From: Ignicoccus pacificus DSM 13166
Lineage (GTDB): Archaea; Thermoproteota; Thermoprotei_A; Sulfolobales; Ignicoccaceae
DNA: 32,000 nt
Assembly: GCA_025340205.1 (NCBI GenBank)
Contig: CP006868.1
Location: 1,410,001 to 1,442,000, forward strand
Reading direction: 5' to 3'
The translations under genes and the position numbers were made by a program. How positions within the stretch are numbered: the first letter of the stretch is position 1; every line of letters starts with the position of its first letter. Below are positions 23,284 to 31,428 of the stretch, in pieces. The notes beneath the pieces are model-generated. The model saw only the letters and a list, made by a program, of their open reading frames with translations, was not told the DNA's origin and searched no databases.

Positions 23284-25401
23284 ATGCCTATTGTGGAGAG
23301 GATCTTCGCTTGGCTCCTAGGTCCAAAGGCGGAGAACCAGAAGTTACTAGAGGAATTAATCAACTTAGTGATAAGCGACTACATACATTGGAGAAGGAAT
23401 TACTTTCCCAAAGATAAGACACTAATTAGAAGGAAGGATCAATCGGAGCTGAGGGACGAGTTCGATAAGCTTTACGACAACATATTCAATCTGCTAGGAG
23501 AGATGAGGAGGAACTTCCCGTTCTACAGCCCAAGGTACATAGCTCACATGCAATCGGAGACCACCCTTCCAGCCCTTCTAGGCTTCATCATGGGTCTCCT
23601 CTACAACCCTAACAACGTCTCCACTGAGTCTTCTCCCGTGACCACGGATTGGGAGATAGAGGCTGGAAATAGGGTGCTCGAGCTCATAGGCTATCGTCCA
23701 GCTCCAGACCCCTCTCTACCTAAAGACAAGTACCTGAGAGAACTGAAGAGGGAGTTCGGCTGGGCGCACATAACCTCCGGCGGCACTACAGCGAACCTAG
23801 AGGCCCTCTGGGCGGCGAGGAACGTGAGATATACAATATTAGCCATAAAGGATGTAGCAATAAAGGAAAACGTAGACCTTATAATAAAGCTACCGAATGG
23901 GAAGAAGTATGACATAAGTGAGGTGGACGATTACTCCCTCCTAACGATAAAGCCTAATGAAGCCATCTACGCTCTTTCAAGATTAGTCGTAGCGATGAAG
24001 AGGAAGTATCTTGAGAGTGACGAAGAAATAAACAAGAAGGTATTGAAATTATTAAGAAAGAGTGAGAGGTCCATAAGCAAGGGGTTTGGTAAGCTGTTCG
24101 CCGAGTTCCAACCAGTTATCTTGACGTCGGGAACTTCTCACTACAGCATCGAGAAGATAGCGGACGTCCTAGGAGTGGGCAGAGATAACGTGATCTACGT
24201 TGACATAGATGAAAACTTCAGGATGAGTGTTAAGGACCTCTACTCGAAGCTCAAAGGAGTCAAGGCGGAGAACAAGGTCCCCATAGCCGTTATCGCCACC
24301 ATAGGAACAACGGAAGAGGGATCCGTAGATCCTCTACACGAGATAGTGAAGCTTAGAGAGGAGTTCGAGAAGGGAGGCTTCAGCTTCTGGGTTCACGCCG
24401 ACGCGGCTTGGGGAGGCTTCATAAAGACCTTGCTAACTGATGGGGATGATGAGAAAAAGGTAATAGAGAAGGTAAGGAGGATTACCGAGGACGAGATAGA
24501 ATTGGAGCATGAGAACTATCAGAAGAGGATAAGGATACTGTGGGGAAGCGACAAGGTAGTCTTACCCTTCTTAGCGTTGAAGAGAGCCGAAAGCGTCACG
24601 GTGGATCCCCACAAGATGGGGTACATGCCTTATCCATGCGGAATGGTTGCCTTCAGGAACGACAGGGTGAGGCACTTCATAAGTCAAGAGGTGCCCTATA
24701 TTACATCAACCTTCGCCGTCCACTTACCTCTAAAACATAAGGACTTGGAAAGCGGGAAGGTTGTTATCAACTCATTGGGACCTTACATACTGGAGGGCTC
24801 GAAGCCCGGCGCCTCCGCTTCAGCCCTATGGCTTCAGATAAACACTATTCCATTGACCCCTGAGGGGCACGGAGAGCTCGTGAAGAACAGCTTGTTAGCA
24901 GCGAGGCTTCTCTGGGAATGGATAGTTCATTGGGATCAGGCAGAGAGGGTGAACGGTAGAGAACCGGAGTACCAGTTCATACCACTTACCCAATACCCGC
25001 CAGATACAAACATAGTAACGTTTGTAGTAAAGAAGAAGATAAGCAGGTCGATAGCTCAGATGAACGAATTAACGAAGAAGGTATACGAGGAGTTCTCCAT
25101 AAGGACGGAGTTGGGAGAGTTCGAGTACAGCTACTCACAACCCTTCTTCTTATCCAAGACTGTATTCAAGTCGCCCAAGTATCCGTTCAAGGCATTAAGA
25201 CCGTTCTTCAAGAGGGCCTTTCCCAAGGCAGAACTGCCGAAGCTCGAAAGAGAATACGAAAAGGAGGGACTCTTCGTACTGAGGGCAGTTGTGATGAATC
25301 CCTACATATATCCGCTGAAGAAGAGAGGTCAAGATCTCATGAAGGAATTCATGAGAAGGGCTTCGGAGGCCGCTGAAAGGGCCTTGAGGCGAGGTCTTTG
25401 A
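23284..25401 (+). CDS. PLP-dependent group II decarboxylase, long Enterococcus-type tyrosine decarboxylase family
   Basis: Blocks match my recollection of enterococcal TDC throughout. They are LGPKAENQ...HWRRNYFP, RYIAHMQSETTLPALL...YNPNNVSTESSP, GWAHITSGGTTANLEALWAARN, GTTEEGSVD, VHADAAWGG, AESVTVDPHKMGY (the PLP lysine), YILEGSKPGASA and VLRAVVMNPY. ATG 23284 is preferred, giving 705 aa. Confidence 0.85.
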   Translation: MPIVERIFAWLLGPKAENQKLLEELINLVISDYIHWRRNYFPKDKTLIRRKDQSELRDEFDKLYDNIFNLLGEMRRNFPFYSPRYIAHMQSETTLPALLGFIMGLLYNPNNVSTESSPVTTDWEIEAGNRVLELIGYRPAPDPSLPKDKYLRELKREFGWAHITSGGTTANLEALWAARNVRYTILAIKDVAIKENVDLIIKLPNGKKYDISEVDDYSLLTIKPNEAIYALSRLVVAMKRKYLESDEEINKKVLKLLRKSERSISKGFGKLFAEFQPVILTSGTSHYSIEKIADVLGVGRDNVIYVDIDENFRMSVKDLYSKLKGVKAENKVPIAVIATIGTTEEGSVDPLHEIVKLREEFEKGGFSFWVHADAAWGGFIKTLLTDGDDEKKVIEKVRRITEDEIELEHENYQKRIRILWGSDKVVLPFLALKRAESVTVDPHKMGYMPYPCGMVAFRNDRVRHFISQEVPYITSTFAVHLPLKHKDLESGKVVINSLGPYILEGSKPGASASALWLQINTIPLTPEGHGELVKNSLLAARLLWEWIVHWDQAERVNGREPEYQFIPLTQYPPDTNIVTFVVKKKISRSIAQMNELTKKVYEEFSIRTELGEFEYSYSQPFFLSKTVFKSPKYPFKALRPFFKRAFPKAELPKLEREYEKEGLFVLRAVVMNPYIYPLKKRGQDLMKEFMRRASEAAERALRRGL

Positions 25402-25503
25402 GTTTCTATTGCGGTTACCTCGTCGTTAATCTAGTTTATTCAACCGAAGAAGTAGACTATTAACTATTTAGCTCCAAGTGCCATTGTAAAGAGGTATAGA
25501 GGG

Positions 25504-26718
25504 ATGAAACTCCTCCCAGTACTTCTACTCTCCCCCATCCTCCTTCTTGCTAGTGCTGACTTAATCATAACCGATCTCCCGACCGACTTGGTGAGCATAG
25601 ACTCCTACGACGACGCTTTAGTCATAAGCGCTGGAAGCTGCATCTATCTCTTTGACTACGGAGGAAATGAGCTTCAGAGAAGATGCGGAGGAGACGTAGC
25701 TTACGGCGTTTGGGCTTCAGATAACGGCGCAGTCGGCATCCTTAGGAAGAACACGTTCTACAGCGGCTTAGGAGCTCCCACTTGGGCGATCATTATCTCG
25801 CCCTCGTCTACGACGAACCTAACGTTGGGTTACACGTGGGACGATTACCTCTCAGTTGCCCTCGTCTCCAAGAGCTCGCTGGTGCTCTGTGGATCTAACT
25901 GCACGCGTTACGACAACGGCACGGGAGCGTGGAACGTCGAGGTGTCGAAGCTGTACAGAGAGCCGCATAGGATTGGTTTAGCGGATGACCTTCTACTCGT
26001 TCCGAGCTACACCCAAGAGGCTATTCTTGCGTTAAACGCGAGTGACGGGACGTTAGTCTACAAAGCTCCCATATCCGTTTCCAATTGGAGTGAAGTAGAA
26101 GGGCTCTCAGCGGACGTCTGTGGGTACTTAGTAGCCGTTGTTGTCAAGGGGAGGTCCTTGATAGGCTCTTTACATGTTTACGAAGTGAAGAACAACTTAA
26201 CGCTCCTTTGGAAAGCGGATCGTTTCATAACTAATAATTATGGTTCATTCCTTGATTATTTGAAAGATGTAGCGATTTCTCCTGATTGCGATTACATAGC
26301 GGTATTGGACGATTTCTCTAGGAACATCTATGTCTTCAAAGCATCGTCAGAGCCTTATGCCTTGATCGAATTCGATGACAACAAGTATAGCATTACCATC
26401 TTTGATGATTATGGAAACATCGTGTCCAAGGAGTCAGGAAACCTTCCCGGAGATTTACTGAGCTCCGCCGCCCTTACGTGGAGCAAAGATGGATTGCTTA
26501 TAGCATTGAAATTTGATGAAAACGGGAGCGCGAAGGGCGGCGTGCTTAGAATAGTCCTCGACTCCGTCGCCCCAAGCACACAAACCCACTATCTTGACAC
26601 GACGACCTCTGGCTCGCATGCAGGAATACCGACCGTCTCGTTACTAGCTTTGTTGATTCCTCTTGCAAGGAAGTTAAGGAGGTCAGGCGGGGATTCTTCC
26701 TATCACCGCTCATCTTAA
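25504..26718 (+). CDS. Secreted beta-propeller repeat protein with C-terminal TM anchor
   Basis: The signal peptide is MKLLPVLLLSPILLLASA. The propeller-like repeats include VAISPDCDYIAVLDD...IYVF. There are many NxS/T sequons. The C-terminal TM is IPTVSLLALLIPLA, followed by RKLRR. Confidence 0.75.
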   Translation: MKLLPVLLLSPILLLASADLIITDLPTDLVSIDSYDDALVISAGSCIYLFDYGGNELQRRCGGDVAYGVWASDNGAVGILRKNTFYSGLGAPTWAIIISPSSTTNLTLGYTWDDYLSVALVSKSSLVLCGSNCTRYDNGTGAWNVEVSKLYREPHRIGLADDLLLVPSYTQEAILALNASDGTLVYKAPISVSNWSEVEGLSADVCGYLVAVVVKGRSLIGSLHVYEVKNNLTLLWKADRFITNNYGSFLDYLKDVAISPDCDYIAVLDDFSRNIYVFKASSEPYALIEFDDNKYSITIFDDYGNIVSKESGNLPGDLLSSAALTWSKDGLLIALKFDENGSAKGGVLRIVLDSVAPSTQTHYLDTTTSGSHAGIPTVSLLALLIPLARKLRRSGGDSSYHRSS

Positions 26719-26787
26719 CGGGCTCCCTCCTCATCCCCATAAAGATTTATTATTCGAACGGAAAAGCTACCCCCACAAGGGAAGCTG

Positions 26788-27810
26788 GTGCCAGTAACGG
26801 TCCTCGTGGGAGCCCTCTTCGGAGACGAAGGAAAGGGCAAGATAGCCGCTTACCTCTCTCACCTCCAATCTCCGAGCTACATGGTCCGGACGGGGGCAAT
26901 TAACGCCGGTCACACCGTCTATCACAATGGAAAGGAATACAAGCTGAGGGCACTCCCCTCAGGATTGGTGACGTTCAGAGATGGAAAGGGAGGTACCGCT
27001 CCGGGTGCTCTCATAAGCATAGAAGTACTGAGGAGAGAGGTCGAGCTGCTGGGACTCTCCAAGGAACAAGTTCTTGTAGATGAGAGGACGGGTATAATTG
27101 AGGATAAGCACGTGGAGAAGGAGAGGAGAGACGCTCACCTCGCCGGTAAGATAGGCTCTACCTTAACCGGAGTAGGGGCGGCGATGAGCGATAGGGTAAT
27201 GAGGAGGTTAAAGTTAGCCAGGGACTTCAAAGAAGAGATAGAGAGGTTCGCTACGGTAGTAGACCTTCCGGAGCTGTTGTACGAGGCCATAGACAGTTAT
27301 AAGGTAGTTCACATCGAGGGGACTCAAGGCTATGGCTTGAGCTTGTTCCACGGCACCTACCCTTACGTGACCTCCAGAGACGTCACCGCCTCCGCTGCCC
27401 TGAGCGAGGCTGGTCTCTCCCCCTCCGACGCTTCCGACGTGATTCTGGTCACCAAGGCGTTCGTCACCAGAGTGGGAAGCGGTCCCCTGAAGGGTGAGCT
27501 CAGCGAGGAGGAGGCGAGGAGGAGGGGACTGATAGAGTTCGGAACAGTAACGGGAAGGATGAGGAGGGTAGCTCCTCTGGAGGAGAACTTGGACTTGCTC
27601 AAGAGGGCAGCTAGGGCGAACGGGGCGACTAAGCTAGCGGTTACTAAGGTCGATGTCTTGTTCCCGAAGGCGAAGGGCGTGACTAGGTGGAGCGACCTTC
27701 CAGACGAGGCGAAGAGGTGGCTTTTCGATCTAGAGAAGGAAGTAGGCGTCCCCATCTGTTTTGTTGGAACCGGTCCCGAAGCATTGGAAACCGTGGGGTG
27801 TGAGGCATGA
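26788..27810 (+). CDS. purA: Adenylosuccinate synthetase (short archaeal form)
   Basis: The P-loop is GDEGKGK. NAGHTV, EGTQGYGLSLFHGTYPYVTSRD and GTVTGRMRR are also present. At 340 aa it is typical of archaeal PurA. The start is GTG. Confidence 0.9.
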   Translation: MPVTVLVGALFGDEGKGKIAAYLSHLQSPSYMVRTGAINAGHTVYHNGKEYKLRALPSGLVTFRDGKGGTAPGALISIEVLRREVELLGLSKEQVLVDERTGIIEDKHVEKERRDAHLAGKIGSTLTGVGAAMSDRVMRRLKLARDFKEEIERFATVVDLPELLYEAIDSYKVVHIEGTQGYGLSLFHGTYPYVTSRDVTASAALSEAGLSPSDASDVILVTKAFVTRVGSGPLKGELSEEEARRRGLIEFGTVTGRMRRVAPLEENLDLLKRAARANGATKLAVTKVDVLFPKAKGVTRWSDLPDEAKRWLFDLEKEVGVPICFVGTGPEALETVGCEA

Positions 27811-29204
27811 ACGAGTTCGACGTGTTGATAGTTGGTGCTGGACCCGCTGGTATGTTCGCTGCGCTGAAGATAGCCGAACTCACGGACGGAAAGGCTAGAG
27901 TAGGAATAATCGAAAAGGGATACTACGCCAAGCAGAGGATCTGCCCTCTTCAAGAGCCTAGGATAGGGAAGTGCACCTACTGCAGACCTTGCCACATCCT
28001 CTACGGAGTGGGTGGAGCCGGTACCCTATCTTCCGGTTTGATCAACCTAAGACCGGACATAGGAGGTGATTTGCACGAGCTCGTCGGGAGCTGGGAGAGG
28101 GCTTGGGAGCTGATAGAAGAGGTTGACAAGATATTCCTAAGGTTCGGCGCTCCTCCAGACACCTTACACGAGCCGGACTTGGACAAGGTCAAGGAGATCG
28201 AAAAGAGAGCCGTCAAGGTAGGAGCTAAGTTCGTACCAATAAGACAGAGACATATAGGAACGGACAACTCCATAAAGGTAATAGATAATATGACCAAGTA
28301 CTTGGAGAGTAAGGGAGTCAAGTTCATCATCGGAACTGAGGCGCTGGACGTAGACATGGTTGACTCTAAGTTCAGAGTGAAGACTACCAAGGGAACCTTC
28401 GAGAGCAAGTACTTGCTACTAGCTCCCGGAAGAGGAGGAGCCGAGTGGTTCGTGAAGATAGCTAGGAAGTTGGGCGTCACCTTGGAGAGCGGTCCTCTCG
28501 ACGTCGGAGTCAGGGTAGAGGTTCCTCACGCCGTAATGGACGATATCATAAGCATAGAGGTCGATCCTAAGATAATAATATACACCAAGACATTCGATGA
28601 CAAGGTAAGGACCTTCTGTACCAATCACAGAGGCTTCATAGTGAAGGAGGTTTACGACGACGGAACGGTCGGGGTTAACGGTCACGCCTACCTAAACAAG
28701 AAGAGCGACAACACCAACTTCGCCTTCCTGGTCACGATAAAGCTCACGGATCCAATGGAGGATACCATAGAGTACGGAAAGAACCTGGCTAGGCTGGCCA
28801 CCAGGCTCGGAGGAGGCAATCCTCTGATACAGAGGCTCATCGACTTGGAGAGCGGTAGGAGAAGCACTTGGGAGAGGATCAAGAGAAGCGTCACCAGACC
28901 TACCTTGAAGGAAGTGACTCCGGGAGACATAAGCATGGCATACCCCTACAGGATAATAACCGACATACTGGAAGGTCTGAAGAGCTTAGACTACATAATA
29001 CCCGGAGTCTTCGGCCCGCACACCTTGCTCTACGCTCCAGAGATAAAGTACTATAGCATGAAGGCTAGGGTTGACAGGACCATGGAGACCGACGTGGCAA
29101 ACTTGTACGCTGCGGGAGATGGGGCTGGGCTATCGAGAGGAATAAACGTGGCCGCCGCTACCGGATTAGTAGCGGGAGAGGCCATAGCTAGAAAGCTCAG
29201 CTGA
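27807..29204 (+). CDS. FAD-dependent oxidoreductase (COG2509-like uncharacterised dehydrogenase)
   Basis: DVLIVGAGPAGMFAA is the dinucleotide-binding fold. The C-terminal motif is LYAAGDGAG. Its ATG overlaps the purA stop (ATGA). Confidence 0.85.
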   Translation: MNEFDVLIVGAGPAGMFAALKIAELTDGKARVGIIEKGYYAKQRICPLQEPRIGKCTYCRPCHILYGVGGAGTLSSGLINLRPDIGGDLHELVGSWERAWELIEEVDKIFLRFGAPPDTLHEPDLDKVKEIEKRAVKVGAKFVPIRQRHIGTDNSIKVIDNMTKYLESKGVKFIIGTEALDVDMVDSKFRVKTTKGTFESKYLLLAPGRGGAEWFVKIARKLGVTLESGPLDVGVRVEVPHAVMDDIISIEVDPKIIIYTKTFDDKVRTFCTNHRGFIVKEVYDDGTVGVNGHAYLNKKSDNTNFAFLVTIKLTDPMEDTIEYGKNLARLATRLGGGNPLIQRLIDLESGRRSTWERIKRSVTRPTLKEVTPGDISMAYPYRIITDILEGLKSLDYIIPGVFGPHTLLYAPEIKYYSMKARVDRTMETDVANLYAAGDGAGLSRGINVAAATGLVAGEAIARKLS

Positions 29205-29256
29205 GGATGATATGGTTACGCACATCTGATTTTATGATGAAAAGGTGGCTGTTTGA
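29204..29256 (+). ncRNA. Candidate C/D box sRNA (imperfect terminal boxes)
   Basis: The layout is: C-like AGGATGA (29204-10), a 15-nt spacer, D' CTGA (29226-29), a TTTT loop, C' ATGATGA (29234-40), a 12-nt spacer and D-like TTGA (29253-56). TGAG (29202-05) can pair with CTCA (29257-60). At ~53 nt the size and architecture fit archaeal C/D sRNAs. Confidence 0.3.
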
Positions 29257-29257
29257 C

Positions 29258-29818
29258 TCATTTGCTCCTCCAATCCTTCAAGTGACCTATCATCATGCTC
29301 AGAGGAGCTAGCAGTATCGCCGAGAACAGCACGCTGGCCAGCACTTGACAGTATCCGGAACACCTGCTTCCGAGCTCTCCTGCTAGAAGGCCCGCTCCAA
29401 AGGAGTACATCATCAGTCCCTTCAAGGAATAGCTCCTTATCTCAGCCACGTCTTTCTCCATCTTTTCGTACACTGACTTGAACTCTTGCATTAGTCTTTT
29501 CAGTTCGAGTTCCACGCTCTTAGCTCTCTCGGGCTCGTGGAACAAGGATATTTCCTTGCTCTTTGCCCTGGTCACGTAGGCCCACAACTGCCTAAGTATT
29601 TCCACTTTCTTTTCCAAGGCGTTAGCATATATCAACCAACCTATTCCCATTAAGAAGAGGCCTCCCACGGAGATAGGGAAAAACGGTATCAGTTCTCCGG
29701 CTGCCAAGCCCACGAAGAACAAGGCGACAACTAGCGCTATCTCCCTTTTTCTCACTATAGAGTTGGTAAGTGCTTTCATACTTTCTATCATTTGATCCGA
29801 AGGGTTCAGCTCTACCAT
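29258..29818 (-). CDS. Membrane protein (2+2 TM helices flanking a cytoplasmic helical segment)
   Basis: 186 aa. The TM pairs are IALVVALFFVGLAAG / VGGLFLMGIGWLIY and LMMYSFGAGLLAG / VLASVLFSAILLAPL. Confidence 0.7.
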   Translation of the reverse strand: MVELNPSDQMIESMKALTNSIVRKREIALVVALFFVGLAAGELIPFFPISVGGLFLMGIGWLIYANALEKKVEILRQLWAYVTRAKSKEISLFHEPERAKSVELELKRLMQEFKSVYEKMEKDVAEIRSYSLKGLMMYSFGAGLLAGELGSRCSGYCQVLASVLFSAILLAPLSMMIGHLKDWRSK

Positions 29819-29866
29819 GTCCTTTAACCGGCTAAGGCTTCAAACATATGATAAAAAGTAGGGTTC

Positions 29867-30301
29867 TCAGATCTCCTCTAACTCTTCTCTGAGCATCTCG
29901 AGGAGTCTCTTCATTACCATCTCCGCCGCTACCGCGAAGGCGAGGTCTCTAAGCGAGACTATTCCTAGAAGCTCATCGTTTTCGTTGACTACTGGCAAGT
30001 GTCTTACGCCGTGCATCCTCATCATTTCGAGAGCCTTCAACACGCTGGTCTCCGGTGCTACAGCGTAGACCTCCTCGCTCATTATTGTGCTTACTGGAGC
30101 GTCTAGGTCAGCCCCCTCAGCTATTGCCCTTACCAAGTCCCTCTCGGTCACGATCCCCACTATCTCGCCGTCCTTTACGACCACTAGGCTCCCTATTCCT
30201 AGCTCGTTCATCTTCTTTGCTGCCTCCCTTATGCTGGCGTCGGCGTCTATCACTGCTACGGGAGTGCTCATGACTTCGCGGACGGCTATTCCTCTTACCA
30301 T
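29867..30301 (-). CDS. CBS-domain pair protein
   Basis: Two CBS repeats are present: VREVMSTPVAVIDADASIREAAKKMNELGIGSLVVV..GIVTERDL and IMSEEVYAV...MRMHGVRHLPVV...GIVSLRDL. Confidence 0.85.
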   Translation of the reverse strand: MVRGIAVREVMSTPVAVIDADASIREAAKKMNELGIGSLVVVKDGEIVGIVTERDLVRAIAEGADLDAPVSTIMSEEVYAVAPETSVLKALEMMRMHGVRHLPVVNENDELLGIVSLRDLAFAVAAEMVMKRLLEMLREELEEI

Positions 30302-30369
30302 TTTACCACCGTTACTCCTTCCACGCCCTACCCTTTATGCGGTAGCCCCGCCCTTCTCGGGGGAGGTCC

Positions 30370-30831
30370 TTGATACCTCTCAAGGAACTCAGGAGGGCAT
30401 TGGAAGAGCTCGGTGCCGATGGAATAACGGCCTTTGAGGCGGCTGAAGAGAGTGTGACTTACGGTACCAACTGCTTCGAGATAGTTCTGTCAGAAAGGCC
30501 TTACGCAGGAATAAGATTCCAATACGATCAATATAGTGAGAGCGTTAGGCCGCTGATATTGAGAATACATATAAAGAAAAAGGAATTTAACGTCCCAAAG
30601 GAGCTCGTAGAGAGTCTGCTGCCAGCGCTCGTCTCCGCTGAGGAGGACGAAGAGTGGATGAGCATAGCGCTAAGACTGCCCAAGGAAGACGATCCCAGGA
30701 AGTTGATTGAGAGTGCTATGGAGGTAGTGAAGACGTTCAACTTGAGGATAGGAGGTTCTGAAAGCAAGATCTACGGATACGTACCAGTCGATTGTGGCCC
30801 TTATCTAGAGTACGCTCTTAAGAACCAATAA
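30370..30831 (+). CDS. Hypothetical protein
   Basis: 153-aa ORF whose TTG start is preceded by GGGGAGGT. No motif is recognised. Confidence 0.6.
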   Translation: MIPLKELRRALEELGADGITAFEAAEESVTYGTNCFEIVLSERPYAGIRFQYDQYSESVRPLILRIHIKKKEFNVPKELVESLLPALVSAEEDEEWMSIALRLPKEDDPRKLIESAMEVVKTFNLRIGGSESKIYGYVPVDCGPYLEYALKNQ

Positions 30832-31428
30832 TATTTCCTTCAAGCTTATGGGTCCTTCCCTAAGCACCTTTATCTCTTTCCCAGTCAGGTCTATTACCGT
30901 ACTCGCTTGTCCGAGCTCGCAAGGCCCAGCGTCTATCGCTAAGTCCGCCTCCACGGTAACTTCCTCTATCCTCTTTGGACTCCTTCCCCCGCTTATGTTC
31001 GCAGAGGTGACGGCTAACGGACCCACTTCCTTCAGGAGCCTCAAGGTAAAGGGGTGCGCTGGAACCCTAAGGCCGACCTTTCCCGTTCCGGCCGTGACGA
31101 ACTCCGGCACCGTAGGCTTCGCCTTTAGTACCATAGTCAACGGTCCTGGCCAGAACCTCTTTGCTAATGCCTTAGCCCTTTCGTCGAGGTATGCCACTTT
31201 CTCCAAGTCTTCTAGGGATGCTTGAACGGGCAACGGCTTGCTCTTAGGCCTTTTCTTTATTTCATAGATCTTCCAAGCGTGTTCGAGCTTCGAGGCTATG
31301 CCGTAGACCGTCTCTGTGGGAACTATTACCAATCCTCCTCTCTCCAAGACCTCCTTAGCTTCCCTCAGCGCTTCCTCTAGACCCACCTCGCTGAGCTTGA
31401 GAACCCTCAACCTTCCTCCCTCCGCCAC
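30805..31428 (-). CDS. L-threonylcarbamoyladenylate synthase, YrdC/TsaC-type (Sua5/YciO/YrdC/YwlC family, short form)
   Basis: VIVPTETVYGIA, KKRPKSKPL, FWPGPLT, RVPAHP and LAVTSANISG are family blocks. At 207 aa it lacks a Sua5 C-terminal domain. Confidence 0.85.
   Translation of the reverse strand: MAEGGRLRVLKLSEVGLEEALREAKEVLERGGLVIVPTETVYGIASKLEHAWKIYEIKKRPKSKPLPVQASLEDLEKVAYLDERAKALAKRFWPGPLTMVLKAKPTVPEFVTAGTGKVGLRVPAHPFTLRLLKEVGPLAVTSANISGGRSPKRIEEVTVEADLAIDAGPCELGQASTVIDLTGKEIKVLREGPISLKEILLVLKSVL

Noticed and set aside
24441-24452. GATGATGA (C-box-like) on the plus strand
   Set aside because: It lies inside the decarboxylase CDS, and no CTGA follows within 70 nt.
27363-27995. 210-aa ORF on the minus strand
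   Set aside because: It lies antisense to the strongly supported purA and FAD-oxidoreductase genes. The product is a Ser/Leu/Pro-rich low-complexity sequence typical of shadow ORFs in GC-biased coding DNA.
28001-28480. 159-aa ORF on the minus strand
   Set aside because: It lies entirely antisense to the FAD-oxidoreductase CDS. The product is low-complexity with no motif and no start context.
29296-29312. CTGA..ATGATGA on the minus strand, resembling D'/C' boxes
   Set aside because: It lies inside the 186-aa membrane protein CDS (codons Met-Met-Ile), and no matching terminal C or D boxes occur at the right spacing.
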